NCBI GenBank assembly: GCA_035084275.1
Contig: CM068757.1
Location: 15,810,001 to 15,874,000 of the forward strand
From: Hydrolagus colliei
Taxonomy: Eukaryota
Reading direction: 5' to 3'
Length of the DNA: 64,000 nt
Of this stretch, positions 28,001 through 43,000 are shown piece after piece. The notes beneath the pieces were generated by a model. That model ran no database searches, was not told the origin of the DNA, and worked only from the letters and a program-made list of their open reading frames with translations. The translations under genes were made by a program, and so were the position numbers. The stretch's first letter is position 1. Each line of letters begins with the position of its first letter.

Positions 28001-31000
28001 TTGTGCTGATGGAGTTAAACAGCCAATTTTAACCCTGTGGTAGATACCAGCTTATACCCGTTACCTGATAACCACTGTGCCATAAACATTTCCAAATCTT
28101 GTTGCGGGCATAACCACAGGAATTGTACCAATAGACATTGAAAGGAGACTCTTAGCATGATGCTGTAACTTGCCTCATTCATTTACGTTTTTCCACTCAA
28201 TTGTAAAACCTTCGATGTACTGCAGACATTGTCATGGAAACACCAATAAGAAAGTTGTGTATTCACACAGCTAGCACTACCAGGATGTAGAACGATATCA
28301 AACAGATAATTCAATTGAACTTGAAGGGGTTTTCTTTTGAAATTTGATGAGTGATTTAGGAGAACTGCACCTTATTCTTGTGCACCAGATCACTTTTGCT
28401 AAGCAATGTCTCTTTTTCAATGTTGTCAGCAGAATTCACCACAGAGCCATCGACAACCTTCTCTACAACAACAGGTATTTGTGTTATTGTCAGTCCTGGT
28501 GCCTTCGTCAACCTTCAATTCAAAACAGTGTCCTCGTAAATATAGCCACTATGATATCTTAACCACTATTGCTACTGAAAGTTGATGCAATATATTAAAC
28601 AGATGATTGAATTGAACTGTGTGATATCTCTGGGACTACAATTATCACACATGTTCACGCTGCAATGTTCTGGGAAACGACTGCACACATCATGTGATTT
28701 ATTTACATTTATTTCCACGGTCACTAGATGGCGCTATCACGGCTCCTCCCTCCTTAATGAAGAAATTATGAAAAAGTTACAATTACTGACATTCAAAACA
28801 CGATGCTATGTACAATTGTTTTTCTACATATGTACAATTTATAAATACATACGTACAATTTATGTATATTATCATGTTCAAACTGTGACACATCCAACGA
28901 AAATTCAAACTTGACTTCTGGTTTCCTACTTTCCCTGTCCAAAAGTTTTAGGACTCATGGTAGCACTCGGACTTTTAGAACTCATGGTAACACTCGGACT
29001 TGCCATGTGTCCAGTCTGGTATTCATCTTGACTTTCACTCCTAGTCTCCAGTTACTCAGTCAGGCTCTTGACTATCACCTGGAACTAAACCCTCACCTTC
29101 ATTCACACTTGAATTCTGGTTTTCTGTTAAGTCCTCTGTTACCATTACTGACTTGTTCATTGGTCTAAAACTATTTGGTTGATTAGATTTATCCATTTCT
29201 CTCCACTCTTCCGGTACTTGTGTAGGTAAGATGTGATCAATATGGACAAATCTGAGTTTGCCACTTTCAAACATCCTGACCAAATAGGTGCGCGGTCCAC
29301 ATACTTTCACTAATCTTCCTGGTACCCACTTTACCCATTTGTGATGATGGTTCTTCACTTTAACTTTTTTATTTATCTCCATCTTTCTGTCTTTCACCCT
29401 TACTCCATCATGGTTCTCTCTCTGCCTCTCCTGTTTTCCATCTACCATTTGTGCTAAATTGGGATACAACAATGAAAATCTTGTTCTCGGGTGTCTTTTT
29501 AGGAACACGTCAGCCGGTGTTCTGCCTGTAGTGGTGTGAAGTGTCTTACGATACGTTATCAGAAAGTTGGCTGGTTTGTGAGGCAATGATAATTGACTTT
29601 GGGGTTGCATCTCGCATTTGCTAACCTAGCGTGCGTTTGACAATTTGCACATTGCGCTCCGAAGCACCATTCAAAGCTGGATGGTATGCAGCTACTCTAG
29701 TGTGCTTCACACCATTCTTTTCCATGCATTGCGCGAACTCTTCTGAACAGAACTGTGGTCCATTGTCAGACACGATTTCCTCTGGAAATCCATATGAAGC
29801 AAACGACCCTCTAACAATATCCAGTTTTGCTAGATATTGTTGTGTTCATCGGAAACACCTCAACCCACTTGGAATGACAATGTATCACAATGAACAACTA
29901 CTATCCATCTAGATCAGCAAAATCTATCTGTAACCTTTGCCACACTCTGGCTGGCCATTTCCAGGACCGTAGTGGTAGTGTTAGTGGACTCCTTCCAACC
30001 GACTCACATACACTACACTGTTTTACTGTGTTTTCAATGTATTTATCCAACCCTGGCCACCATAAGTAGTTCTAGCTAGACTCTTGGTCAGACACATCCC
30101 TCGGCGTTGATCATGAAGATCACCGAAAAACTGTTCTCTGTACCTTTCAGGGATAACAACTCTAGCTCCCCACATGACACATCCTTGGTCATTTGACAAT
30201 TCATGTCTCCTAACAAAGTATGGCCTAATTTCTTCTTCTGTCTCAGTTATATGACTAGGCCACCCACTCACAATATAGTCATGCACCTTGGATAAAATCA
30301 TGTCCCTACGAGTTGACTTGCTGATGTCACTTGATGTGACCGGCAGCTACTCAATATGGGAAAAATAGAACACATCTTCCCTGTTGGATTTCATTTCTGA
30401 TGCTAAGGGTAACCTCGACATTGCATCGGCATTACCATGGTCTGCTGACCTACGATATTGTAAGTCGTACTGGTATGCTGACAAGATCAACGACCATCTT
30501 TGCATTCTGGCTGCTGCTAGAGTAGGTACCTGTGATTTTGGATTTAGGATTGCTGTCAAAGGTTTATGGTCTGTTTCAATGATGAAATTGCGACCATATA
30601 GTATTTGTGGAATCTCCTAGCTCCAAAAATCAAGGCCAAAGCTTCTCTCTCTATTTCGGCGTAGTTTTTCTCACGACTACTCAGGGTTCTAGAAGCGAAC
30701 GCTGTCAGTCTCTCTGCCCCTGTTTCGAATACATGAGAGATAACTGCACCAACCCCGTATGGGGGGGCGTCACATGCTAGCTTGATGGTCTTTGTGACAT
30801 CATAGTGTACCAGCATTGTACCATCTATTAGATGTTTTTTACACGACTTGAAAGCCTGGTCACATTCACGTGTCCATTTACATGGCACATCTTTCTTCAA
30901 AAGCTCATCCAAGGGGTGTATAAAGGTTGACAAATTTGGAATGAATTTTCCATAATAATTCAACAATCCCAAGAATGATCGTAGCTCAGATGTGTTTCTG

Positions 31001-34000
31001 GGAATGGGCACGTTCCTGATCGCATTGACCTTACTCTGAGTTGGGTGCAACCCATCTTTGTCTACCTTGAGCCCTAGGTACTCTAAAGACTCTTTAAACA
31101 TCTCACATTTGTGAGCCTTGACGCGTACTTGGAGTTTCTCTAACCTTTGTTACACCATGTGTAGCCTTTCGTCATCAACCTGCCTATTTGGCGCAGAGAT
31201 GACTATGTCATCAAGGTAGCATATTACCCCATCGATTCCCTCTAGAATCTGAGTCATGAACCCTTGGAAAATTCCTGGGCTTGACGCAACGCCAAATGGT
31301 AGCCTATTGTATTGATACAGGCCCATATGAGTGTTGATAGTCAAGTACGTCTTTGACTTCTCATCTAGCTCTAACTGTTAATAGACGTTTGACAAGTCCA
31401 TTTTAGAACATACTTTACCACCTACCAATGTGTTGAACAAATCTTCTACATTTGGTAACGTGTCAGGTGGACTACACTCCAGAACTCGATTCACTGTTAC
31501 CTTGTAGTCCCCACAGATTCTGATACTACCATCAGATTTTGGAACTACAACAATGGAAGTAGTCCAATTACTTTGTTGTACTTTACTGATAATGTTCTCC
31601 TTTTCCAGTCTTTTCAGTTCTTTTTCTACTTTTTCTCTCATTGCGTATGGCACTGGGCGTGGCTTATAGTGCCTTGTACGTGGGCCTTGCTTCACCTTGC
31701 ACTCCTAAACTTGCTTTGTATCCGCTGATGGGTGCACCGGATTCACTGAACACCGTTGAATGCTTTTTTTCCCTCTCTTCCTGTGTTGTGAACGAGATTT
31801 GCACAGGGAAAATTTCTTGCCAATCTAATTTCAGCGAGTTCATCCAATTTCTACCAAGTAATACTGGTTTTTCTCACTTCACCACAAGAATTGGCAAATC
31901 TGCACATTGATCCTTGTATTTAACTGGAACACACACTCTACCCAAAACTGGGATGATCTCTCCTCCATAGTTGCGCAGCTCGACCCTTGCTGTTTGTAGC
32001 TTATTTTTGCTCAACTTTTCTCGGTGCAGTTTTTCAGACACCACACTGACTGCTGCTCCAGTATCAACTTCCATGATTACTGGGACTCCATCCAATGTTA
32101 CTTGGACCTTGATGCTATGCAATTTGCTACTGGATGCTTTTGTGTTGTAGATCATGTTGATCTCCACTGGCTCCTCAGAGTCCTCACTCTCCTGGTGTCG
32201 CTCAACCGTATGCAGAAACTGACGTCTTTTCTTGACCGCATTCGTCCGCTTCGACTTGAAACAAGCCTTTGCAAGATGCCCAGTCTTATGGCACGAATAT
32301 CACTCCACTTTCGTCAAAAGGCAAGATTGTGCTGGATGAGAACCCAGACATCGATAGCATGACTTTGAACTCGTCCCGCTACTCTTCCCTCGTGGTCGAT
32401 TCACAAGTGCTTTGAATTTCACTTTGCACACCTGCAGCTTGTTGACCTCCCCCACTGTTAGGCAATAGCTTGCTCGAACTTCTTTTGAATCTCTCTCAGC
32501 CATGTCCATAGACAAGGCAGTTTTACATGCTAACTCAAATGTTAGCTGTGACATTGTCATTAATTTGTTTTGGATACGGTCGCTCTTCAGTCTGCACACA
32601 AATCTATCTCGTAATGCAAGGTCCTGGAAATCTCCAAAATTGCAGTGTATCGACAGCTTTTTCAACCCTACGAAAAAACTGCCAATGTTTTCCTCTGGTA
32701 ATTGACATCTGGTACCAAATCGGTAACTCTCTGCAATCTCTAATGGCTTTGGGTCATCGTGTTCTGTAAGCTTTTCAAGGATGTCCTTCAATGGGGTGTC
32801 CTTAGGCCTAGTTGCGGTTAACAAATTCTTCACTGTTTCATACACATCGGGACCCACTTCTGTCAGAAAGATTGCTCTCATTCTTTCTTGCACTGCTGTA
32901 TTTACACTTCCAGAATTATCTTCAGCAGCTTCAATTTCAACAATATTATTGGCAGCAAAGAACATCTCCAAACGCTCAATCTAAGCACTAAACATTTCCC
33001 GGCTTTGTTGAAACTCACCCAATTGTCCGATGTATCCGATGGGAGTCTTCATTTGGGGATTTTTTTTATCAGTACCACCACACGTGAACACAAACCTTAC
33101 TGGATTTGTAGCTCTCAATCAAAATGAAAGTATTCACAGACCTCTAGGCACTTTGTAGAGACCTTCTCCTACAAACAGACATAGCTAGGGAATCCCATCC
33201 TCGTCGCCAATTTGTGATATATCTGGGACTACAAGTATCAGAAACGTTCAGGCTGCAATGTTATGGAAAACAACTGCACATATCATGTGGTTTATTTACA
33301 TTTCTATACACTGGTCAGCAGATGGCACTCTCACAAACCTGAAGTTTCTTTTGAAATTTGATGATGCTTTAGGAGAACTGCACATTATACTTGTGCACCA
33401 GATCATTTTTGCTAAGCAATCTCTCTTTTCCAATGTTGTCAACAGCATTCACCACAGAGCCATCGACAACCTTCTCTACAACCACAGGTAGTTGTGTTAT
33501 TATCAGTCCTGGAGACTTTGGCAAACTTCACTTCAATACAGAGTCCTCGTAAAAATAGCCACTATGATAACTTATCCTCTATTTCTACTGAAATTTGATG
33601 CAATATATTTCTCATCATTGCATTCTAACACCAACAACTGCAACAGCAGCAGCCCCCACTACAATAACAGGTAAACAAAGAACAAATTCCAACTCTCCAT
33701 TCCAGAACAAACATCTTATTAACTATAAACTTCCATTGTATATTTGCCATCCTGTAAGAATGCAGCCTCTATGATCATTACACAAACGATGTGTCCTGTC
33801 CCTTATGTCCTACTGGATTCACATGGACCACATTTTTAAATGTACGTTAGATATTGGGTTTCTTTCTTCTTGTTATTGGTGATGGAGGGAAACAGCTGAT
33901 ATTAATCCTGCAGCAGTCACCAGCTTCTACCCATTTTATGGTTAGTGCCCGGCAGACATCACTTCCAAATCTTGTTGAATGTATAACCACAGGAATTGTG

Positions 34001-37000
34001 CCACTAACTATTCAAAGGAGCCTCTTAGTGCTATGTTGCGACTTGCTTCATTCATTCACTCACGTTTTTCGACTCAATTGTACATCCTTCTATTTACTGC
34101 AGGCGATGTCCAGGACTCACCACCAAGTAAGTGTTGTCTTCACACACCTTGTGCTACGGGGATGTAGGAAGATATTAAACAGATGATTAAATTGATCTTG
34201 AGGGGTTTATCATTTGAAACTCGATGAATGATTTAGCAGACTTGAACATCAGACATGTGCACAAGATCACATTTGCTAAGCAATGCCTCTTATCTAATAT
34301 TGTCAGCAGCATTCCCCACAGAGTCTTCGACAACATTCTCTACAACAACAGGTATTTGTGAAATTGTCAGTCTTGGTGCCTTCATCAATCTTTACTTTGA
34401 TACAAAACAGCAACCATCATATGCTAACCTCGAATTCTGTTGAAGGTTGATGCAATATATTTCTCCTCAACTTCTTACTTTCTAGCACCAACAACTACAA
34501 CATCAACAATCCCCAGTACACCAGGTAAGCAAAGAACTTCCAACTCTGCATTTGACCCGCTTTGTACAATTTAACATCGATCGTCTTTCCTCCACCACAC
34601 CCAATCAATGATCCGCTCTACCTTCCCTCACCTCCACAATATTGCCTGACTCCACCATTACCTCATCCCTGATACCGCTGAAACTCTCATTCATGTGTTG
34701 CTGACATCCAGGCTCACTATGCCGACGTCTTGCTTGTCGACCTTCCTAATTCATCCATCCATAGTTTGCAGATAATCCAGAACTCTGCAGTTTTCAGAGT
34801 GTCCTCTCCAATCTAAGCTTTGTGATCCCATCTCCCTCATCTTCACCTGACTCTGTTTACTCCCCATCATCTAGAGAATCCAATTGAATATCCTGCTCTT
34901 CACATTCAATTCCCTCCATGGCCTCGGCCCACCCTATATTTGCAACCTTATCTGCCTGCCCCCTCCGCTCAGGAGGCTCCGGCCTGTTCCACATTCCCCA
35001 ACTCACTCTGCCATTGGCGGGCGAGCCTTCTGACACTCTGCTCCCAACCTCTGTAACTCCAACCCGCATTTCCTCCACCTTGCCCCTTCCCTGGCTTCCT
35101 TCAAATCCCGCCTCAAGACTCTCCTCTTTGACTGCCCCATCAATCACCCCTAAATCCCCCACTTCCACTCCACCCTCCCTGATCCTGACCCCATCTTATG
35201 TCTGAAACAATGACTGAAACAATGAAACAACCCCCTCTACGACATCAGGTAAACAAAGAACAACTTCCAACTCTACATTTCCTGAGCAAACATCTACTTG
35301 ATTGTCTTCACATTTCTCTATTACAGTCACAATCGCCCTCCTTTAACTCATTGTTATCTCATTCTCTACGGTTTCCACAGGATGCGCACGCATGTCTTCA
35401 TCAACAACCACCACTGAAACTGGTGAGGAACAGCACATTTCTACAGACACAACTGTTACATATCACATAGAGAAATCAGGCTACAAGAATCCTGCCACTT
35501 GCTTTGGCCACAACAGCAGCCACTCTCCCAGTATCATTGCCAAATACTAGCTCAAACTTCAGCTTCAAGCAACTGAAAGAGGAGAATCATCTGAAGCATT
35601 TAGTTGCTCCACATTTATTCCTTCAAATTCTCACTTTAGAGCAACATCAGAAAACACTCTGACACAATGCTCAGCAACACTGTTCACTCCAATAACAGTT
35701 GTAGCCACATTAACTGCCTTTGATTCAACTACTCGAATTACCCGTGTACACTTTGTCCAGAGCAGTCTCCAATGCCCATTTTGCCATTGATACTATGTTG
35801 AATGGAAACACTTGAAGCTTCCTTCTGGAGGTTCCTAGACCAATCTTTCTCAAGAAACAGCGCAGCTGCTAATGACCAACACACCTGCACTGGCACAATG
35901 CCTCTATCGTGTATCAACAGCAGCAGTAAACCACACGACCAGCCACTCCATTTTGTTTCCCTGCTGTGACATTAATTGTGCCCATTCATGCTGCCAACTC
36001 CATTGAAAGACAAAAACTGGCTGAAAGAATCACATTCATTTCTGTGCTTTCCAATCTTTCCAACTTTCTATTCCGACAGAAACATCAACAGCCACGACTT
36101 TGATATCAGGTATAAACGAGCAGAAGCTTCTCTCTTCCCATTTACGGTACAATGTCCTCTTTGTCCACCTGTGATTCAAACTTCCATTAACTATTTGCCA
36201 TCCTGTAAGAACACAGCCTCAATGAGCATTAGACAAACGATATGTCCTTTCCACTATGTCCTGCAAGAATCACATAGACCATTTTTTCACGTGTAATTTA
36301 AATATTGGATTTCTTTCTTCTTGTTAGTGCTGCTGGAGGGAAACAGCCAATTTTATCCCTGCAGCAGATACCAGCTTCTACCCATTACCTGGTGACCGCT
36401 GGGCAAGAAACATTTCCAAATCTTGTTGAGGGCACAACCACAGGAATTGAGTCACTAGATATTGAAAGGAGACTCTTAGCATGATGCTGTAACTTGCCTC
36501 ATTCATTCACGTTTTTCCACTCAATTGTAAACCCTTCAATGTACTGCAGACATTGTCATGCACAGACCAATGAGAAGGTTGTGTGTTCACACAGCTAGTG
36601 CTACCAGCATGTAGAAAGATATTAAACAGATGATTGTGTTCAACTTGAAGCATTTTTTTTTCAAATTTGATGAGTGATTTAGGAGAACTGCACATTATAC
36701 TTGTGCATCAGATCACTTTTGCTAAGCAGCGTCTCTTTTCCAATGCTGTCAGCAGCATTCACCACAGAGCCATCGACAACTTTCTCAACAACCACAGTTA
36801 TTTGTGTTACTGTCAGTGCCTTTGTCAACCTTCACTTCAATACAATGTCCTCGTAAGAATAGCCACTATGATAACTTAACCTCTATTTCTACTGAAAGTT
36901 GATGCAATATGTTTCTCATCATTACATTCTAGCACCAACAACAACTACTACAACAGCAGCACCCACTACAATAACAGGTAAACAAAGAACAAATTCCAAC

Positions 37001-40000
37001 TCTCCATTCCAGAACAAACATCTTATTAACTATAAACTTCCATTGTATATTTGCCATCCTGTAAGAATGCAGCCTCTATGATCATTACACAAACGATGTG
37101 TCCTGTCCCTTATGTCCTACTGGATTCACATGGACCACATTTTTAAATGTACGTTAGATATTGGGTTTCTTTCTTCTTGTTATTGGTGATGGAGGGAAAC
37201 AGCTGATATTAATCCTGCAGCAGTCACCAGCTTCTACCCATTTTATGGTTAGTGCCCGGCAGACATCACTTCCAAATCTTGTTGAATGTATAACCACAGG
37301 AATTGTGCCACTAACTATTCAAAGGAGCCTCTTCGTGCGATGTTCCGACTTGCTTCATTCATTCACTCATGTTTTTCGACTCAATTGTACATCCTTCTAT
37401 TTACTGCAGGCAGTGTCCGGAACACAGCACCAAGTAAGTGTTGTCTTCACACACCTTGTGCTACGGGGATCTAGGAAGATATTAAACAGATGATTAATTT
37501 GATCTTGAGGGGTTTATCTTTGGAAACTCGATGAATGATTTAGCAGACTTGAACATCAGACATGTGCACAAGATCACATTTGCTAAGCAATGCCTCTTAT
37601 CTAATATTGTCAGCAGCATTCCCCACAGAGTCTTCGACAACATTCTCTACAACAACAGGTATTTGTGAAATTGTCAGTCTTGGTGCCTTCATCAATCTTT
37701 ACTTTGATACAAAACAGCAACCATCATATGCTAACCTCGAATTCTGTTGAAGGTTGATGCAATATATTTCTCCTCAACTTCTTACTTTCTAGCAACAACA
37801 ACTAAAACATCAACAACCCCCTCTACGACATCAGGTAAACAAAGAACAACTTCCAACTCTACATTTCCTGAGCAAACATCTACTTGATTGTCTTCACATT
37901 TCTCTATTACAGTCACAATCGCCCTCCTTTAACTCATTGTTATCTCATTCTCTACGGTTTCCACAGGATGCGCACGCATGTCTTCATCAACAACCACCAC
38001 TGAAACTGGTGAGGAACAGCACATTTCTACAGACACAACTGTTACATATCACATAGAGAAATCAGGCTACAAGAATCCTGCCACTTGCTTTGGCCACAAC
38101 AGCAGCCACTCTCCCAGTATCATTGCCAAATACTAGCTCAAACTTCAGCTTCAAGCAACTGAAAGAGGAGAATCATCTGAAGCATTTAGTTGCTCCACAT
38201 TTATTCCTTCAAATTCTCACTTTAGAGCAACATCAGAAAACACTCTGACACAATGCTCAGCAACACTGTTCACTCCAATAACAGTTGTAGCCACATTAAC
38301 TGCCTTTGATTCAACTACTCGAATTACCCGTGTACACTTTGTCCAGAGCAGTCTCCAATGCCCATTTTGCCATTGATACTATGTTGAATGGAAACACTTG
38401 AAGCTTCCTTCTGGAGGTTCCTAGACCAATCTTTCTCAAGAAACAGCGCAGCTGCTAATGACCAACACACCTGCACTGGCACAATGCCTCTATCGTGTAT
38501 CAACAGCAGCAGTAAACCACACGACCAGCCACTCCATTTTGTTTCCCTGCTGTGACATTAATTGTGCCCATTCATGCTGCCAACTCCATTGAAAGACAAA
38601 AACTGGCTGAAAGAATCACATTCATTTCTGTGCTTTCCAATCTTTCCAACTTTCTATTCCGACAGAAACATCAACAGCCACGACTTTGATATCAGGTATA
38701 AACGAGCAGAATCTTCTCTCTTCCCATTTACGGTACAATGTCCTCTGTGTCCACCTGTGATTCAAACTTCCATTAACTATTTGCCATCCTGTAAGAACAC
38801 AGCCTCAATGAGCATTAGACAAACGATATGTCCTTTCCACTATGTCCTGCAAGAATCACATAGACCATTTTTTCACGTGTAATTTAAATATTGGATTTCT
38901 TTCTTCTTGTTAGTGCTGCTGGAGGGAAACAGCCAATTTTATCCCTGCAGCAGATACCAGCTTCTACCCATTACCTGGTGACCGCTGGGCAAGAAACATT
39001 TCCAAATCTTGTTGAGGGCACAACCACAGGAATTGAGTCACTAGATATTGAAAGGAGACTCTTAGCATGATGCAGTAACTTGCCTCATTCATTCACGTTT
39101 TTCCACTCAATTGTAAACCCTTCGATGTACTGCAGACATTGTCATGCACAGACCAATGAGAAGGTTGTGTGTTCACACAGCTAGTGCTACCAGCATGTAG
39201 AAAGATATTAAACAGATGATTGTGTTCAACTTGAAGCATTTTTATTTCAAATTTGATGAGTGATTTAGGAGAACTGCACATTATACTTGTGCACCAGATC
39301 ACTTTTGCTAAGCAGCGTCTCTTTTCCAATGCTGTCAGCAGCATTCACCACAGAGCCATCGACAACTTTCTCAACAACCACAGTTATTTGTGTTACTGTC
39401 AGTGCCTTTGTCAACCTTCACTTCAATACAATGTCCTCGTAAGAATAGCCACTATGATAACTTAACCGCTATTTCTACTAAAGGTTGATGCAATATGTTT
39501 CTCATCATTACATTCTAGCACCAACAACAACTACTACAACAGCAGCCCCCACTACAATAACAGGTAAACAAAGAACAAATTCCAACTCTCCATTCCAGAA
39601 CAAACATCTTATTAACTATAAACTTCCATTGTATATTTGCCATCCTGTAAGAATGCAGCCTCTATGATCATTACACAAACGATGTGTCCTGTCCCTTATG
39701 TCCTACTGGATTCACATGGACCACATTTTTAAATGTACGTTAGATATTGGGTTTCTTTCTTCTTGTTATTGGTGATGGAGGGAAACAGCTGATATTAATC
39801 TTGCAGCAGTCACCAGCTTCTACCCATTTTATGGTTAGTGCCCGGCAGACATCACTTCCAAATCTTGTTGAATGTATAACCACAGGAATTGTGCCACTAA
39901 CTATTCAAAGGAGCCTCTTCGTGCGATGTTCCGACTTGCTTCATTCATTCACTCATGTTTTTCGACTCAATTGTACATCCTTCTATTTACTGCAGGCAGT

Positions 40001-43000
40001 GTCCGGAACACACCAGCAAGTAAGTGTTGTCTTCACACACCTTGTGCTACGGGGATCTAGGAAGATATTAAACAGATGATTAATTTGATCTTGAGGGGTT
40101 TATCTTTTGAAACTCGATGAATGATTTAGCAGACTTGAACATCAGACATGTGCACAAGATCACATTTGCTAAGCAATGCCTCTTATCTAATATTGTCAGC
40201 AGCATTCCCCACAGAGTCTTCGACAACATTCTCTACAACAACAGGTATTTGTGAAATTGTCAGTCTTGGTGCCTTCATCAATCTTTACTTTGATACAAAA
40301 CAGCAACCATCATATGCTAACCTCGAATTCTGTTGAAGGTTGATGCAATATATTTCTCCTCAACTTCTTACTTTCTAGCAACAACAACTAAAACATCAAC
40401 AACCCCCTCTACGACAGCAGCTAAACAAAGAACAACTTCCAACTCTACATTTCCTGAGCAAACATCTACTTGATTGTCTTCACATTTCTCTATTACTGTC
40501 ACAATCGCCCTCCTTTAACTCATTGTTATCTCATTCTCTACGGTTTCCACAGGATGCGCACGCATGTCTTCATCAACAACCACCACTGAAACTGGTGAGG
40601 AACAGCACATTTCTACAGACGCAACTGTTACATATCACATAGAGAAATCAGGCTACAAGAATCCTGCCATTGGCTTTGCCCAGAACAGCAGCCACTCTCC
40701 CAGTATCAATGCCAAACACTAGCTCAAACTTCAGCTTCAAGCAACTGAAAGAGGAGAATTATCTGAAGCATTCAGTCCGATTGCTCCACATTTATTCCTT
40801 CAAATTCTCACTTTAGAGAAACATCAGAAAACACTCTGACACAATGCTCAGCAACACTCTTCACTCCAACAACAGTTGTAGCCACATTAACTGCCTTTCA
40901 CTCAACTACTTGAATTACCCATGCACACTTTGTCCAGAGCAGTCTCCAATGCCCATTTTTCCATTGATACTATGTTGAATGGAAACACTTGAAGCTTGCT
41001 TCTGGAGGTTCCTGGACCAATCTTTCTCAAGAAGCAGCGCAGCTGCTAATGAACAACACACCTGGCACTGCCACATTGCCTCTATTGTGTATCAATAGCA
41101 GCAGTAAACCACACGACCAGCCACTCCATTTTGTTTCCCTGCTGTGACATTAATTGTGCCCATTCATGCTGCCAACTCCATTGAAAGACAAAAACTAGCT
41201 GGAAGAATCACATTCGTTTCTGTGCTTTCCAATCTTTCCAACTTTCTATTCCAACAGAAACATCAACAGCCACGACTTCGACATCAGGTATACAAAGAGC
41301 AGAAGCTTCTCTCCTCCCATTTACGGTGCAATATCCCCTTTGACCACCTGTGATTCAAACTTCCATTAACTATTTGCCATCCTGTAAGAATGTATCCTCT
41401 GTGAGCATTAGACAAATGAAATGTCCTTTCCCTTATGTCCAGCTGGAATCACACAGCACTTTTTCACACGTACTTTAGTTATTGGGTTTCTTTCTTCTTG
41501 TTAGTGCTGATGGAGGGACACAGCCAATATTAACCTTGCAGCAGATACCAGCTTCTGCCCATTACCTGGTGATCGCAGGGCCAGAAACATTTCCAAATCT
41601 TGTTGAGGGCGTAACCACAGGAATTGTGTCGCGAGATATTGAAAGGAGACTCTCAGCATGATGTTGTAACTTGACTCATTCATTCACATTTTTCCACTCA
41701 ATTGTAAACCCTTCGATCTACTGCAGACATTGCCATGGACAGAGCAATAAGAAAGGTGGCACTAGCACAGCTAGTGCTACCGGGATGTAGAAAGATATCA
41801 AACAGATGATTGAATTGAACTTCAAGCGGTTTTCTTTTGAAATTTGATGAGTGATTTAGAAGAACTGCACATTATTCTTGTGCACCAGATCATTTTTGCT
41901 AAGCAATCTCTCGTTTCCAATGTTGTCAGCAGCATTCACCTCACAGGCATCGACAACCTTCTCTACAACCACGGGTATTTGTGTTATTGTCATTCTTGGT
42001 GCTTTCATTCAATACAGCGTCATCGTAAAAATAGCCACAATGATAAATTAACCTCTATTGCTACTAATATTTGATGCAATATATTTCTAGTCAGACATGA
42101 TAAATACCACTTTTTATTTTGCAGCACCAACAACTGCAACATCAACAATACCCACAACAACAACAGGTAAACAAGGAACAACTTCCCACTCTCCATTCCA
42201 GAACAAACATCTACTTGATTGTCTTCACTTTTCTCTATTAAAGTCACAATCGCGCTCTTCATTGTTATCTCTTTTCCTATTGTTTCTATTTGATGCGCAC
42301 GCATGTCTTCATTCAACAACCACCACTGAAACTGGTGAGGAACAGCACATTTCCACAGACACAACTGTTACATATCACATAGAGAAATCAGGCTACAAGA
42401 ATCCTGCCACTTGCTTTGGCCACAACAGCAGCCACTCTCCCAGTATCATTGCCAAACACTAGCTCAAACTTCAGCTTCAAGAGACTGAAAAAGGAGAATC
42501 ATCTGAAGCATTCAGTCCGATTGCTCCACATTTATTCCTTCAAATTGTCACTTTAGAGAAACATCACAAAACACTCTGACACAATGCTCAGCAACATCCT
42601 TCACTCCAATAACAGTTGTAGCCACATTAACTGCCTTTGATTCAACTACTCGAATTACCTGTCCAGAGCATTACTTTGTCCAGAGCAGTCTCCAATGCCC
42701 ATTTTGCCATTGATACTGTGTTGAATGGAAACACTTGAGGCTTCCTTCTGGAGGTTCCTAGACCAATCTTTCTCAAGAAACAGCGCAGCTGCTAATGACC
42801 AACACACCTGCACTGGCACATTGCCTCTATCGTGTATCAACAGCAGCAGTAAACCACACGACCAGCCACTCCATTTTGTTTCCCTGCTGTGACATTAATT
42901 GTGCCCATTCATGCTGCCAACTCCATTGAAAGACAAAAACTGGCTGAAAGAATCACATTCATTTCTGTGCTTTCCAATCTTTCCAACTTTCTATTCCGAC

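Larger units (their letters stand above)
913..28619. repeat. Tandem array block 1: about 11 units of 2586/2583/2588-bp and ~1703-bp types
   Basis: Near-identical ORFs recur at 3553, 6139 (+2586), 14730, 17318, 19901, 22484, 25070; 8715/10418 (+1703); 8141/12429 (+4288). Confidence 0.97.
28620..33335 (-). mobile_element. Full-length decayed Ty3/Gypsy (Mag-type) LTR retrotransposon copy 2, 4716 bp
   Basis: Order gag-PR-RT-RH-IN on the minus strand; ~122-bp LTRs TGTGA...TCAC(A/G); tRNA-Ser PBS; PPT; degenerate 5-bp TSD (aactg/aacct; empty site aactt). Confidence 0.96.

Noticed and set aside
913-28619. CRISPR-like or other prokaryotic repeat system
   Set aside because: Units are kb-sized and wholly repeated with no unique spacers or cas genes; the context (Gypsy, L2, GT-AG sites) is eukaryotic.
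28805-28865. Triple gtacaatt AT-rich motif
   Set aside because: Low-complexity 3' UTR of the retrotransposon; no evidence of a separate function.
28620-33335. Active element, recent transposition burst, or programmed frameshift/readthrough
   Set aside because: Numerous stops and frameshifts within RT, RH and IN, diverged LTR pair, and identical insertion site in all copies.
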